Shown here: positions 12,101-29,900 of the stretch, in pieces
Layout: every line of letters starts with the position of its first letter
Position numbering within the stretch: the first letter of the stretch is position 1
Origin: Macrostomum lignano
Taxonomy: Eukaryota
Reading direction: 5' to 3'
Assembly (NCBI GenBank): GCA_002269645.1
Contig: NIVC01001456.1
Location: 186,001 to 250,000 of the forward strand
Length of the DNA stretch: 64,000 nt
The notes under the pieces: generated by a model
Told to the model about the DNA's origin: nothing
The model's database searches: none
The model's input: the letters and a program-made list of their open reading frames with translations, nothing else
Program-made: the position numbers and the translations under genes

Positions 12101-15100
12101 AGACAGGAATTTTCGTCCCGTTTAGGGATGATGGCGAAACATGTGACTACTCCGTTGTGCTCGACCAGCACGTGGCGACACTTGTAGCCGGCCACTCGCT
12201 TCGTCACCTGGTCGTCCATCTGAGAAAATGAAATGAAGCCCAAAGTAAAACTCAAAACCAAACCGACTGCATCCAACAAAAAGAAAATGTTTTCTTTTTG
12301 CTTGTCAAATTTTTAGTGCTATAATTTGGCAATTCAGCTCACCTCGCTTGTCGATTCAATGGAGGCCGCGTCGCTATTCGAACTGTCTTTGTAGCTGGCC
12401 TCCTCGGGCGCCATGCTCACAAGCACGCCGAATGCTTTCTCGTCGAATCCAATCACGTCTGGAAAAATTTTAAAGATTGAAATATCGTCTCTGAATATTT
12501 TAGCGGGCCTTGGTGATGTCTTCAGTCAGGAAAAATTTCTTTGCCCGCCATGCAAATTTTTCGTGTCACATTCGATAATTTCTACTTGTCAGTAGACGAA
12601 CTCGAAATTAATCAATGTGAATAAATTTTTAAAAGCACTCTGAAACTCACAGACATTGGAGTCTTCGCATGCCGCTACCAGGACGTCGAGTTCTTCAACG
12701 AATTCGAGCTTTCGAAAGCCCATGGAGTGAACATTTTTCTTCTTCTCCTAGAGGGAATGAGGAATTTCAAAAGCATAGTAAGCCAGCTAGCTAGCCAATG
12801 TATTCTAATCTACAGCTACCCAAGACATCTACAGCTACCCAAGACATCTACAGCTACCCAATCTGATCTACAGCTACCCAATACAATCTACAGCTACCCA
12901 AGACAATCTACTACAGCTACCCAATGCAATCTACAGCTACCCAAGACAATCTACTACAGCTACCCAATACAAACTACAGCTACCCAATACAATCTACAGC
13001 TACCCAATACAATCTACAGCTACCCAATACAATCTACAGCTACCCAATACAATCTACAGCTACCCAAGACAATCTACTACAGCTACCCAAGACAATCTAC
13101 TACTGCTACCAATACAATCTACAGCTACCCAATACAATCTACAGCTACCCAATACAATCCAACCAGCTAGCTCAATCCAATCTAGTCACTGAATTTGCGT
13201 ATCAAATTGAAATTTTAAAGTGCAAGCAAACTTCTCTCCATCAGCTTCAATTGCCTTTTACTAAAGATTCAGTTTGACTCACCTGGCCATCCTTCTTTGC
13301 TCGCTTGCCTTCTCTCTTTTGTTCTTGAAGAAGTCTAAAAGTATTAAGCTTCATATAGTCGCAAAAAACTACTTGGAGTAGTGTTATAAAAGAGTTTTTA
13401 CAAAATAATTTTTGTTCCAACTCACTGCTGAGGACTTTTCTTTAGCTGGGCCATTCGCCTGCGGGCAATCTTCTTTTGCAGCATCTTCTCCATCGATTCT
13501 GAAGCTCTTAAAGATTCCTTGCTGGAGAAGAAATTAGCGAATTTTGAGTAGCTTTATTCGCTGGTTGCAAAGCAGCGTCATTTATTGTTTTAAGTTTTGA
13601 ATTTAATAAATAGTTTGATATACTTTTCAAAATTTATTTTGTAGCGGATAAAGAAGTTTATATATTACTTTTCAGCATTTAAAGGTCCATTACAAGCGAT
13701 TAAAACAAGGAAAGAAATATTCAGGACAGAGAGTTTCAATCAAGAACAGTTTCTATAAAATTGAACAGAGGTTATTTTTTAACAGTTCGAAATGTTGTGA
13801 TTTTCACCCAACAAACTGCCGTGATTGTTAAATAATTTGTTTAACTGCACATTGCCGGATTTGTTTTCAAATTAGCAAACCTTTTTTCTAGGAAACAGAG
13901 AATCATTTTTTTCTGTTGGGATAAAAATGCAGTTGAAAAAAATTTGAACTGAATTTATTGCAATTGAAAGAGCTTGTAGAATACTTAAGGGTACACTACT
14001 AACTAGTAGGATTGTAAGTAGTACAGTTGTGCAAATTCTTTCTTTCGCGATGAATCACGGTTGGAAAAATTAAGCGGTCTATGATTCACTTCTTTAACAG
14101 ATTAACTTTTAGTTCGAGCTAATTTTAAACTTTACCGAGTCTGCTTGGCAAGTCCAATTAATTTCGATTGCTGAGCAAGCGTTGAGCTCCTTTTAAAAAT
14201 AGGTGCAAACAAGGAGATAAAAAACAATTGTATTTTTTTAAATAACTTCAGCAAACTATCATTGTGTGCAAAAACCAATTTTCACGAGCAGTTCAGGAAT
14301 TTATCATTTTAGAAAAAGTACGTGTGCTTACTGCTCATCTTTGTGTGCAATCGAAAGATCAATTAAATCAAAACAGAAGATTTCATTAAAACAATAAAGA
14401 AGTTTCCTCTCGAAATTAAAAGAATGGTACACGGAGCAGTAAAAAATCATCAGACCTCTGTGAACTGTTCGTACAAATCCTGCAGGAGTCCGCTAAAAAC
14501 AATAAAATCAAGTTGAATAGAAATGGCAAACTGGCTAATGTGTGGACCTCGAAAATTTTTGTTCATAAATTTATACTTTGGTAGATAGGCCGTGCATAAA
14601 CATCAAGCTCACCCATCTCACGCCCCAGTCGGATAAGTACACACCCACCCACCTCACTCCCCAGTCCGATAAGTGCACACCGCCCACCTCACTCCCCAGT
14701 CCGATAAGTACTCTCCCGCCCACCCCACTCCCCCAGTCGGATAAGTACACACCCGCCGACCTCACTCCCCAGTCCGATAAGTGCACACCCACCCACCTCA
14801 CTCCCCAGTCGGATAAGTACACACCCACCCACCTCACTCCCCAGTCCGATAAGTGCACACCGCCCACCTCACTCCCCAGTCCGATAAGTATACTCTCCCG
14901 CCCACCCCACTCCCCCAGTCGGATAAGTACACACCCGCCGACCTCACTCCCCAGTACGATAAGTGCACACCGCCCACCTCACTCCCCAGTCCGATAAGTA
15001 CTCTCCCGCCCACTCCACTCCCCCAGTCGGATAAGTACACACCCGCCGACCTCGCTCCCCCAGTCGGATAAGTGCACACCGCCCACCTCACTCCCCAGTC

Positions 15101-18100
15101 CGATAAGTGCACACCGCCCACCTCACTCCCCAGTCCGATAAGTACTCTCCCGCCCACCGCACTCCCCCAGTCGGATAAGTACACACCCGCCGACCTCACT
15201 CCCCCAGTCGGATAAGTACACACCGCCCACCTCACTCCCCAGTCCGATAAGCACACACTCCCTACACACCACCCAGCATACCTGAAAGCGAAGGCGTTGG
15301 TCTGTTTCCGCTCCCATTTGACAATGTCGCCCTGCTGATCAGTTGAGAAAATCAAAATCGGCGCTTTATTGGCTGAAAAATAAAAAAAATCAAGCAAAGA
15401 TCACTTTGTTGGAATCCATTGCTCTCTATCAATTACTCATATATCAAGTCAGAATTCTCACTATATGTCAGGCAGTCGATTGGGGTCTCGGTAAAGAAGG
15501 TGGTAACGCAACCGCTTTGGGAATATTTCCACACAACAAGATTTCGGCGATTAGTTGATCCTGAAACCAATCGGATAAAAATGGGCAAGTTTTTAGGCTA
15601 GTTTATACATTAGTGGGGAGAGAGGCGGGGAGAGAGACAGGGAGAGAGACAAGGAGAGAGACAGGGAGAGAGACAGGGAGAGAGACAGGGAGAGAGACAG
15701 GGAGAGAGACAGGGAGAGAGACAGGGAGGGAGGCAGGGAGGGAGGCAGGGAGGCAGGGAGAGAGGCAGGGAGGCAGGGAGAGAGGCAGGGAGGCAGGGAG
15801 AGAGGCAGGAAGGCAGGGAGAGAGGCAGGGAGGCAGGGAGAGAGGCAGGGAGGCAGGGAGGGAGGCAGGGAGACAGGGAGAGAGGCAGGGAGGCAGGGAG
15901 AGAGGCAGGGAGGCAGGGAGAGAGGCAGGGAGGCAGGGAGAGAGGCAGGGAGGCAGGGAGAGAGGCAGGGAGGCAGGGAGAGAGGCAGGGAGGCAGGGAG
16001 AGAGGCAGGGAGGCAGGGAGAGAGGCAGGGAGGCAGGGAGAGAGGCAGGGAGGCAGGGAGAGAGGCAGCGAGGCAGGGAGGGAGGCAGGGAGGCAGGGAG
16101 AGAGGCAGGGAGGCAGGGAGAGAGGCAGGGAGGCAGGGAGAGAGGCAGGGAGGCAGGGAGGGAGGCAGGGAGAGAGACAGGGAGAAAGACAGGGAGAGAG
16201 ACAGGGAGACAGGGAGTGAGGCAGGGAGGGAGGCAGGGAGGGAGGCAGGGAGAGAGACAGGGAGAGTGACAGGAGACAGGGAGGGAGGCAGGGAGGGAGG
16301 CAGGGAGGGAGGCAGGGAGGGAGGCAGGGAGAGAGACAGGGAGAGAGACAGGGAGGCAGGGAGAGAGGCAGGGAGGCAGGGAGGGAGGCAGGGAGAGAGG
16401 CAGGGAGAGAGGCAGGGAGGCAGGGAGAGAGGCAGGGAGAGAGGCAGGGAGGCAGGGAGAGAGGCAGGGAGGAAGGGAAAGAGGCAGGGAGAGAGGCAGG
16501 GAGGCAGGGAGAGAGGCAGGGAGGCAGGTAGAGAGGCAGGGAGGCAGGGAGAGAGGCAGGGAGGCAGGGAGAGAGGCAGATAGAGATTCGGGGCAGTCAG
16601 AGAAGCAGCTCACCGAACACTAGGTGCTGGTCAGCCGAGTAGGCCAGCAGCTGCAGTGTGTACTTCCTAGCTGCCCCAACTTCATTGTCTTCCTTGGCCA
16701 GAAAAGTATCGCAAAATTCGGACACATTCTCTCCGGATTTTGGCTCGTAAATAAAAGCAAAGTGGTAACCAGCCGCCACCCAGATTGTCTTGTTGCGGGC
16801 AATGAAACAGATGCCTGTAGTGCAGCGATTGGCGGCGTTTCATGATTTTGTATTTAATTTTTTAAAGCACGCACCCACCCACCCCACTCCCCCTATCAGA
16901 TAAGTACGCACCCACCCACCCCACTCCCCCTATCAGATAAGTACGCACCCACCCACCCCACTCCCCTATCAGATAAGTACGCACTGACCCACCCCACTCC
17001 CCCTATCAGATAAGTACGCACCCACCCACCCCACTCCCCCTATCAGATAAGTACGCACCCACCCACCCCACTCCCCCTATCAGATAAGTACGCACCCACC
17101 CACCCCACTCCCCTGCCAGATAAGTGCCCACCCGCCTACCCCACTGAATCAAATAAGCGAACCATCTCACCAGTCACGGGGCTTGCAAAGTCGTCTAGCC
17201 TGTGCACCAGTTTGCCATCAGTTGTCCAAACTTTCACGCACTTGTCGAAGGCGCTAGTGATCAGCCAGCTGTTGTGCTCGGCGTCCTGCGCCACTATCAG
17301 ATTGTTGAGGCCGGCCTCGTGCGCGCGGCGAACGCTGATGGGCGTCATCTCTCGGACCCCGTGATATCCGGACTCGTAGATAATCAATCGCTGATCAAAT
17401 CCGCCGCTAAACACGCGCGAATCAAAATAGGCGAGGCATTTCACAATGTCCGTGTGCTCGGTCGCCTTGATGAAGTCGTGCGGATCGACGTAGTGTCGGC
17501 GCAACTTGTCTGTGGGTAGTTTGAGCACAGTTATCGAGTCTTGTTAGTTAGTTACACGCTCGCACAGGGGTTGACCCCAACTCTGACACCAACATTAGAA
17601 AGCCAGGACTCACATTTGTCCAGCTCGTAGAGATTGATGCCAGTGCTGGTGCCGCACACCAGCTGACTTTTTCTAATGTTCACCGCCATTGAGTAGATTG
17701 CCTCCTCTGTCTGCAGAAGAAAATCGAACATTTTAAGTGCACTCGAGAGATAGAAAGATAATAAAATAAAAAGCTTGAGCATACATGCACAATGTCCACC
17801 AGAGAGTTTCCAGACCAGAACATGATGACGCCATCCTGACCAGCTGTGATGAATGTTTTGATTTCTGGCCTAAAAGAGTGTTTTAAGATATTGTTATGCA
17901 ACAATAAAACTTTATCAATAAAAAATTCCTAAAATAGTGAATACCTTACCAGTAAACAATACTTGTAACCCATCCTTGGTGCCCGGGGCTCAAGTGCTGA
18001 ACAAACTTGCAGGGATCGGCTTCCCATACTTTCAATGTGCCATCTGTAAGTACCGAAATTTAGCATGCTTTTTGGAAATTTTTAAATAAATTTAGCTTTA

Positions 18101-18433
18101 GAAAAGCAAAAGTTAAATTTATGTCATTCACGCTACTACATGTACAGTGTAGTATGCAATATTGAATAATAGACTATTTACATAACTAAACAGAAACAAT
18201 AATAGCAAAATTAAACAAAATTTGGCAATGGCCAGCTAGAAATATAAAAAGCTTACATATTATATAAGTAAGTCAAACGTGATACCATTTAGATATATTT
18301 TCAGATGGCTGAATTCAAAAATGGAAGAAGAAACGAATTACCTTCGAAACCAAGAACTACTTCTCTTCTAGCTGGATTAAAACCTATTGCAGTAATATTT
18401 CGACAGTGAGTATCCTTAATTGTGTATGCATGT
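9116..18433 (-). CDS. Multi-exon WD40-repeat protein of about 840 aa, ~14 WD-like repeats (probable double beta-propeller) with a helical linker and C-terminal helical tail; first coding exon unresolved
   Basis: Phase-consistent GT-AG exons (minus strand): 18342-18433, 17950-18043, 17785-17869, 17614-17710, 17171-17539, 16614-16814, 15462-15560, 15282-15372, [optional 14136-14189], 13426-13521, 13283-13334, 12651-12747, 12343-12458, 12041-12219, 11860-11958, 11383-11566, 10831-10946, 10532-10625, 9116-9469 (TAA). Spliced product contains [118 protein letters not shown]. Confidence 0.9.
9651..9716 (-). mobile_element. tRNA-derived SINE-like head
   Basis: Minus strand: A-box-like TAGCAGAGCGG (9713-9703), then AAAGGTCAAG and B-box GGTTCGAGCTCC (9668-9657). 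No complete cloverleaf. Confidence 0.55.
10290..10430. repeat. Degenerate ~24-bp tandem repeat (ggaatgatggcaacccc..) in a WD40 intron
   Basis: About six copies of the GGCAAC/TCC core with variable spacers. Confidence 0.7.
11626..11842. repeat. ~92-95-bp tandem duplication (about 2.3 copies) in WD40 intron 11567-11859
   Basis: ccacctcactccgagaac begins near 11626, 11718 and 11813; the middle segment gatggctctgtacgcaagagacgacccccatccataggct is identical in two copies. Confidence 0.85.
12812..13160. repeat. 20-23-bp minisatellite (caatctacagctacccaata) in a WD40 intron
   Basis: Direct reading. Confidence 0.93.
14610..15255. repeat. 35-36-bp minisatellite (ctcactccccagtccgataagtgcacaccgcccac) in a WD40 intron
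   Basis: Direct reading; related to the 16868-17135 array. Confidence 0.93.
15618..16580. repeat. Purine-rich (GGGAGAGAGGCA/GGGAGGCA)n array in a WD40 intron
   Basis: Direct reading; resembles the reverse complement of the 1-2487 array. Confidence 0.95.
16868..17135. repeat. 37-bp minisatellite (gcacccacccaccccactccccctatcagataagtac), about 7 copies
   Basis: Period 37 (16871 to 16908). Confidence 0.92.
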
Positions 18434-18820
18434 CTAACAGACATTGTGAAAAGTGGTATTTTTATCAAATAAAAATCCGGTCGAATTGTGTAAATTACCT
18501 TACTTTTTGAATAACAAAATCAGCACTTGTTTCTATTGTAAACTTAATAAGCATTTAAACAAAATCAAGCTGCATAAGCACAACAGTTTAAGAAATAAAA
18601 AGCAGTTAGCAATCTAAAAATAAAAAACGGTGTTTTCTCTGCGTTTTATGTTCAACATATTTAGTCAATTTATGAAGAGCCAACACATCCCCATGCCAAC
18701 AAGAAGAGCAATCTTTCAATACTTGAAAGCCCTCCTAAAAACCTGCTTCCGTCGAATGCATGTGTCTCCTTGATACATTTTTGAGCCAGACGAGACATAA
18801 ACTATAAAAACTTTCGAATC

Positions 18821-20695
18821 ATGTCTACTGCTCACCGAGACCCTTATCCTTATCCTCGGTATGAGAGTGACCAGACTCTTGCAGGATTGAAACCAACGGA
18901 GGTACGTTCGAAACAATGCAATTGTTTTTACTGCTAAGGGAAGCGGTTTACCTTTTATACATGTAGAATCTCTTCGATTTATTGAATTATCTCACGACTA
19001 TATGAGCTTTAACTGTCAAGTGGCAACTATAGATCAGTGCACTCTAAAATCAATATTTATAAAGCATGATACTGATACCAATATCCACTATAATAAAAAT
19101 TCAATGGAAGGACAAACTAGACAAGAAAATGTACTAGATCTTGCTAAATCTTAAATTTTAGGCTAAAATAAGAAATTTTCAGTGAAAATTTGGCTGATTT
19201 TATCATTCTTCATTTGCTCAATTCATACATTCAATAGACTTTTGCTACAGTCATTAAAAAGTTTTTTCTAATAATTATTTCAGGTTTTCTATTTTTGATT
19301 ATTATTTTTTAGTATTTTAAATTTCAACAGAAATTAATTTTTTTTAAAAGACTGGCACAATTTTCAAATTTTTTCTTGGCAAAAATATCATAGCATAGAC
19401 AATATTCGCTTATTTCACTGTCTCAACATGATTTCAAACTCAATCTCACAACCCAACAGAAAGCCACCTACTCAAAGCCAACTCATCTGGCGCAGCAAGA
19501 TGACCCGTGGAGCCGCCTGAACCTCAGCCAGACCCTGACCAGCACCCGTCACCAGGCATTCTATTACGATCCGCAGGCGCCAAACGACAGTCTGGACTTT
19601 GTTCTCAAGACCGAGTACGATCAGCACAGGGATCTGTTCAAAGGCAAAAGCCAGGTTCTGCTGCAGACCGAGACCTGCTATGATGAGCACGGGTAAGGCA
19701 TCTTTATTTTTTGACCAGATTTTTCGATTCGAATCTTTATTGCGCGAAAGGCCACAGAACTTACTAAAAATGATATTTTTTTAAAAGACAATCAGGAAGA
19801 AAGGAAGAGGATCCGTGAGTTGCTGACGCGGTGAAATATTTTTATTGCATTATTTACTCTTTCATTCGTTTATGAAGCTACACAATTATTGTGTGAAAGC
19901 TGATTCTGTTGTACGAGCTTCCGATTATGATTTCTATCCGCTATCACTTTTTCTCTGTTAATTTCATGCGCTTTGCTATCTTGCTATCTATGTTGCACAA
20001 TCCGATTTAGCTACTGAAAGTAATATTTGAGATTTTTGAGGCGATTACAGCGAAGAACAGATTACTTTTATTTTTCGTTTTTTTAATTACAGAAAGGTTC
20101 CTTTTATGCTCCTTTATATTATTTTCAGTCGAGTGCTCAAGAACAGGATCCGCCAGGTGCAGCAGGTGCCACCCAAGCTGGGACACCCGCTGCGCCAGTG
20201 GCAGCAACCGCGGCGCGAAGACGTCAACAGCATCAAGAATGCCATCGGTGAGCATCTGTGGGCTGACTGGCCTAGGAGAGAGCTGAGGCTAACGATATGT
20301 ATCGAAACTAAACTTAACTTGCGTAGAATTCAAATAATGATCCAGACCAGAAGTTTGTTTCTTTTGAAAAAAATTCTGGGTAAGAAAAATTAAAAATCTT
20401 TCAAGTAGAAAAGTATAGACAGGATCGATTCCCGATATTTATCGAAAACAAACTTTTGTGATGCCAGAAATTTAGGTACATTGGCAAGTTTTCTTGAATA
20501 AGAAATCATTTTTGGCTTTTCCCATTGCCACTGCTAGCTGAAAAGTCCAATGGAATCTAGATTAAAGCTGTGTTACTTTTCTGCTACCGATATGTATCGA
20601 AACTCACAAAACTTTGCCTTGCAGAGGGCCACCACACTCAGGCCACGAACCGGGGCTATTCCCGCAAGCCAGACGGCGGCCACTTCACTTCCTAA
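18821..20695 (+). CDS. CFAP276: Cilia- and flagella-associated protein 276 (C1orf194 / DUF3695 family), 167 aa, 4 exons
   Basis: Exons 18821-18901, 19460-19692, 20129-20247, 20625-20695, all GT-AG and phase-consistent. Product MSTAHRDPYPYPRYE...KATYSKPTHLAQQDDPWSRLN...YYDPQAPNDSLDF...[29 protein letters not shown] matches, as I recall them, C1orf194 motifs PTHLAQQ..PWSRLN, D.LDF and ATN.GYSRK.DGGF. Confidence 0.9.
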
Positions 20696-21204
20696 AAGAA
20701 TTTGACGTCAATCTTGACTGAGCAGCAAGATTTTGAACTCTTTCAATGCGAGAAAAGATACTTATACATAACTGCTAAATAAAATGTGGAAATATATTCA
20801 TTTCGGGTCGCTTTTTCGCAGTTTATTTTGCGAGCGTTGTCGTATCCTCTGTTCACTATTATCCAATACGAGTACTTGATATAGGAAAAGTTTAGCAAGT
20901 CTACTCAACTGTTTCCTTTTACAATTTTTTAACAAAAATTGCTGCTGATACCGTTTTATCTTTTATCCCTCATTAGTAGATCTTTGTTTGGTATGTAGTA
21001 TGCCTCCTTTGGTTGGAGATTTTCGAATACATTGGGAATAAAAAGTGTGTGCTCGATTATTGGCTGCAGTCTTAATCACAATATACTAAATCTCTAAGGT
21101 CTGTCTGTCTTATTATTATGATTATTATGATTTTTATAATTAACTTTTGAGTGTTTTTTGAAGATTACACTGAATTTTTATTGAGCCCCCTGATCTTAAG
21201 GATC

Positions 21205-21830
21205 AGTGATTTGGGATCCGTTATTTGGGATTAGTAAATTGGGATTAGTAATTTGGGATCAGTGATTTGGGATCAGTGATTTGGGATCAGTGATTTGGGA
21301 TCCGTGATTTAAGATCAGTGGTTTTGGATTAGTAATTTAGGATTAGTCATTTGGGATCAGTGATTTGGGATCCGTGATGTGGGATCAGTGAGTTGGGATT
21401 ATTAATTTGGGATTAGTCATTTGGGATTAATGGTTTGGGATTAGCAATTTGGGATCAGTGATTTGGTATTAGTGATGTGGAATCAGTGATTTGGAATCAG
21501 TGATTTGGGATCAGTAATTTTGGATTAGTAATTTAGGATAAGTGATTTGGGATCAGTGATTTGGGATCCGTGATGTGGGATCAGTGAGTTGGGATTATTA
21601 ATTTGGGATTAGTAATTTGGGATTAATGGTTTGGGATTAGTAATTTGGGATCAGTGATTTGGTATTAGTGATGTGGAATCAGTGATTTGGGATCAGTGAT
21701 TTGGGATCCGTGATGTGGGATCAGTGAGTTGGGATTATTAATTTGGGATTAGTAATTTGGGATTAATGGTCTGGGATTAGTAATTTGGAATCAGTGATTT
21801 CTAATCAGTAATTTGGGATCAGGATTCGGG
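21205..21830. repeat. 14-bp minisatellite (ttgggatcagtgat) with variant blocks
   Basis: Direct reading; shares the GGGATCAGTGATT core with the 29536-29900 array. Confidence 0.92.
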
Positions 21831-22061
21831 ATCGAATTTTAGGTTCCGAACAAATCCGTCACATTTATAGTTCACAAAATACAATTTAAATTTCACTGAT
21901 ATTCTTGAATACGAGTACTCAAACAAAAATCAGTAATAAAACATTTTTATTGATAAAAAGAATCATTTAAGGTTCACAAAAATCACAAATCACTGCAAGC
22001 TCTCGTAAAGCAACAACATATTCATGCAGAAATCAGAGAAGTTGAGAGTTCGAGAATTCGA

Positions 22062-25769
<3,708 letters not shown>

Positions 25770-26094
25770 GACTGAAGAATCTCCCTAACAGCCCGGCAAT
25801 TTCAAAATTCTTGTCTAAAATTCAACGAGCTCTCTAGCCCTCTCAGTATACAGTAGAGAAGTGTAGAGACAGAATGCAACGAGTCTAAACACTGCTCCAC
25901 ATTTTAATCGGCTAGTTAGTAGATAAGGTTTCCTAGGATACAATGGAGTGAACGTGGCCAAAACTGTGCAAAATTAAGTACTATATGTCTGTATATCGAC
26001 ACCATTTATTGCAAGCGATTTGATAAAAATAAGTATTGTAAACTATAAACGTATGAATTTAGTAAGGTGAGGTAAGATTCCAAGAATCTGCAGA

Positions 26095-27197
<1,103 letters not shown>

Positions 27198-29535
27198 ACG
27201 CTCCCAAATGCAGTGTCTGATGAGTGATGGAGGCAACTAACAGCAGCACGCTATGGTTCGTACTTTGTAGACCTATCCATGTGCCCTCGCCAATCACGCC
27301 ATGCATCTGATAGAGTAGCAGGCTCTTGGGAGCCGGGGTAGATGGCCTGTCATGAACTTCTGTGCTTGCGTGGGTTGTCCATCAAGCAGAACTACATGTA
27401 TAGGCAGGATGCGGTTAGTGTTATCAGCTCATCAGTCGGTCAGGAAGTATGGTGCATGCACATGGTGTATAGCTCAAGCTTCTCGCGATAAGCTGCCAGC
27501 GTCATGTACAAACGCTAGCATTATAATTTTCAGGCAAAATAGGCTGTGTAAAAAAAGTTATCCCCAGCAGCGAGCGCTTCGTCAACACTTCCGCTTGCCA
27601 AACCCAGAAAAAACTGAAATCCAAGAGCAAACTTCTCATTTGCTCCCAGTTTGCTAAGCGGAGAGAGAAGGCCAAGCAGGGAAGGGAAGGGAAGGCAAAG
27701 TAAATTCAAGTTATATAAATTTGAGCTGGAACTATATGTTGACCAAGTGAAACTTGAAGAAAGCTTACTGAATACAAAGGATCGTGTTTGCTCGTATTAG
27801 CTGGCTGGCTTAGAATTTTCTGCCTCGAAAATTGTTGAACTAACTAACGAGGCGACGAGCACAGTAAGGAAAAAGTTTTTTTGCGCGGTGTCTTTTTTGT
27901 AGCTAATAAGACCCCAGGATAGAGATCTACTCCAAGCCCTTAATTTCGACCCTTTCTTGCTTTGTACACTGAAGTTTGTTTGACGCTTCGGGGTAGGAGG
28001 ATCTTTGCAAGAGTACAGTACGTAGGAGTGAACCCCGAGGGGGTGGTTGGTCAGGAATGTACATTGATTTCAAAGGACCGATTGGTTAAACAGAGGGTTG
28101 TGCCGCGTGCGTACATTGCGGCCTTCCCCCCACTTAACACACAAGCCCCCGCTGTCTCAATATTTAAAATCTCGCCCGAATAGATATCAGCCACTGCTGT
28201 GCATGTCGCTCTCCAATTAAGTGTGTCCCAAATTAAAATTGTCTTTAAATATCTGCGATTTTGACAATTCTGTTTTTTTTACTCCCTCGCATAAAGTACA
28301 CGCACCCGAGATTGATTAGACCTGCCTTTTCTTAACACAGTCTCTCGGCCAGGCCTCAAGGCGAATCGCAGATTGCACAGAAAGCCTCAATCTTCAGCCT
28401 CAGTGAATCCCGTCCATCCATAATTTATTGTCTTCTCTCGTTTTTCTTACCCACTCCCCGTATACTAAGCCTGCGAGTGCCAGCTTCTCTGCTGCATCAG
28501 ATTAAACCCGTTTATTGCAGCCGGGATAGCGAATCCTCCTCCGCCCTCATAACACATAGCCATTTGTATATAATCTGAGATCAAAATCTGTCAAAGCCAG
28601 TGAGAAAGGAAGGAGAAAGAGAGGATATTCTCCCTCGGCAACGAGTCCAGTAAAAAAAGTGTAACTGCGGTTAAGGGTTAACTTGCTTCGGTTGGCCTTA
28701 CATCTTCTTATTCGAATACATCGTCTTCAGAAACCAGCAAACAAAGGGTAAGGCTGCGATGCTGTTATTAGCCAATTTTACATCATTGCACATACCTATA
28801 AGCACAGCAGGGGGACACCATGGCGCCTCAAAGCCCGACCAAATAAGTCCCACAGCTTACGCCCCTGCATCAAATGACGAAATGAGTTCAATTTTGGCTC
28901 CCAGCTTAAATCTTTTTAAGTTTCTTATATAACTGGCTTAGTAAGTATTGAAATTTTGCTAATCATTTTGGCCAGCTTATGCGTTAACATTATACCCTAG
29001 TAAATTAGTAATTAATGATCAATACCTTATATATGTATTCATGCATTTTTGGTTTTGTACCAAAAACTCGTAAATCCTGTCCTCCTGAAGCAGCAACTAT
29101 AGTCTTTTATCTGGCACAGGTTTTTCATTACTCGCGAGTTGTAACTCAGATAGGCTTCAAAATCCTTTCATATTGAGTCTTTATGGTTCTTACGAGCGTA
29201 ATTTGTAAATCTGAATTCTGCACGAGATTGTATTTTATCAGTTTTTTTCTAATTAGTTACCGTGCTCACAAGAAGAGCGAGGGGAGATTGGGTTTCTTCT
29301 GCATGGAGCAGTGCAGCGGTGTGCACAGTAAACCTTTTCTGCTAGCTTCACTAACTACAGTTATTAAAGTACACGGTTCTTACATTAGATTGTGCCAACT
29401 GCAACTTGGCTGGTTTCTTATCTGTAGGCGATTTAAGGCCAAGTTGTGATTATTAGTTTTAAGTAAGCATTAAAGCTGATTTATAACGCTGCCAAGTGCT
29501 TAAACTTTGCTCAAATCGGTGCTGGTATCAGTACT

Positions 29536-29900
29536 TCAGGATCTGGGATCTGTGATTCAGGGTCTGGGATCAGTAATTCAGGATCTGGGATCTGTGATTC
29601 AGGGAATCAGGGTCTGGGATCAGTGATTCAGGATCTGGGATCAGTAATTCAGGGTCTGGGATCTGTGATTCAGGATCTGGGATCTGTGATTCAGGGTCTG
29701 GGATCAGTAATTCAGGGTCTGGATCAGTGATTCAGGATCTGGGATCAGTAATTCAGGGTCTGGGATCAGTGATTCAGGATCTGGGATCAGTGATTCAGGA
29801 TCTGGGATCAGTAATTCAGAAACAAGGATCAGTAATTCGTAATGCGAGATCTGTAATACAGAATGTGAAGTCTGGATCAGTGGATTCTGTAATTTGTGAT
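29536..29900. repeat. 21-bp minisatellite (gggatcagtgattcaggatct)
   Basis: Direct reading. Confidence 0.92.

Noticed and set aside
18680-19030. RFX X-box in the CFAP276/WD40 shared region
   Set aside because: Only half-site matches (CATGCCAAC near 18692, GGCAAC at 19022); too weak to call.
27200-27660. Minus-strand WIGL-containing stretch suggestive of a C-type lectin exon
   Set aside because: Frame interrupted by stops and lacking the other lectin Cys/WND motifs.
27963-28135. Possible short LTR (TGTAC...GTACA, 153 bp) next to a purine tract on the minus strand
   Set aside because: No TSD, no second LTR, the purine tract is 6 nt from the TG, and no gag/pol ORF is adjacent.
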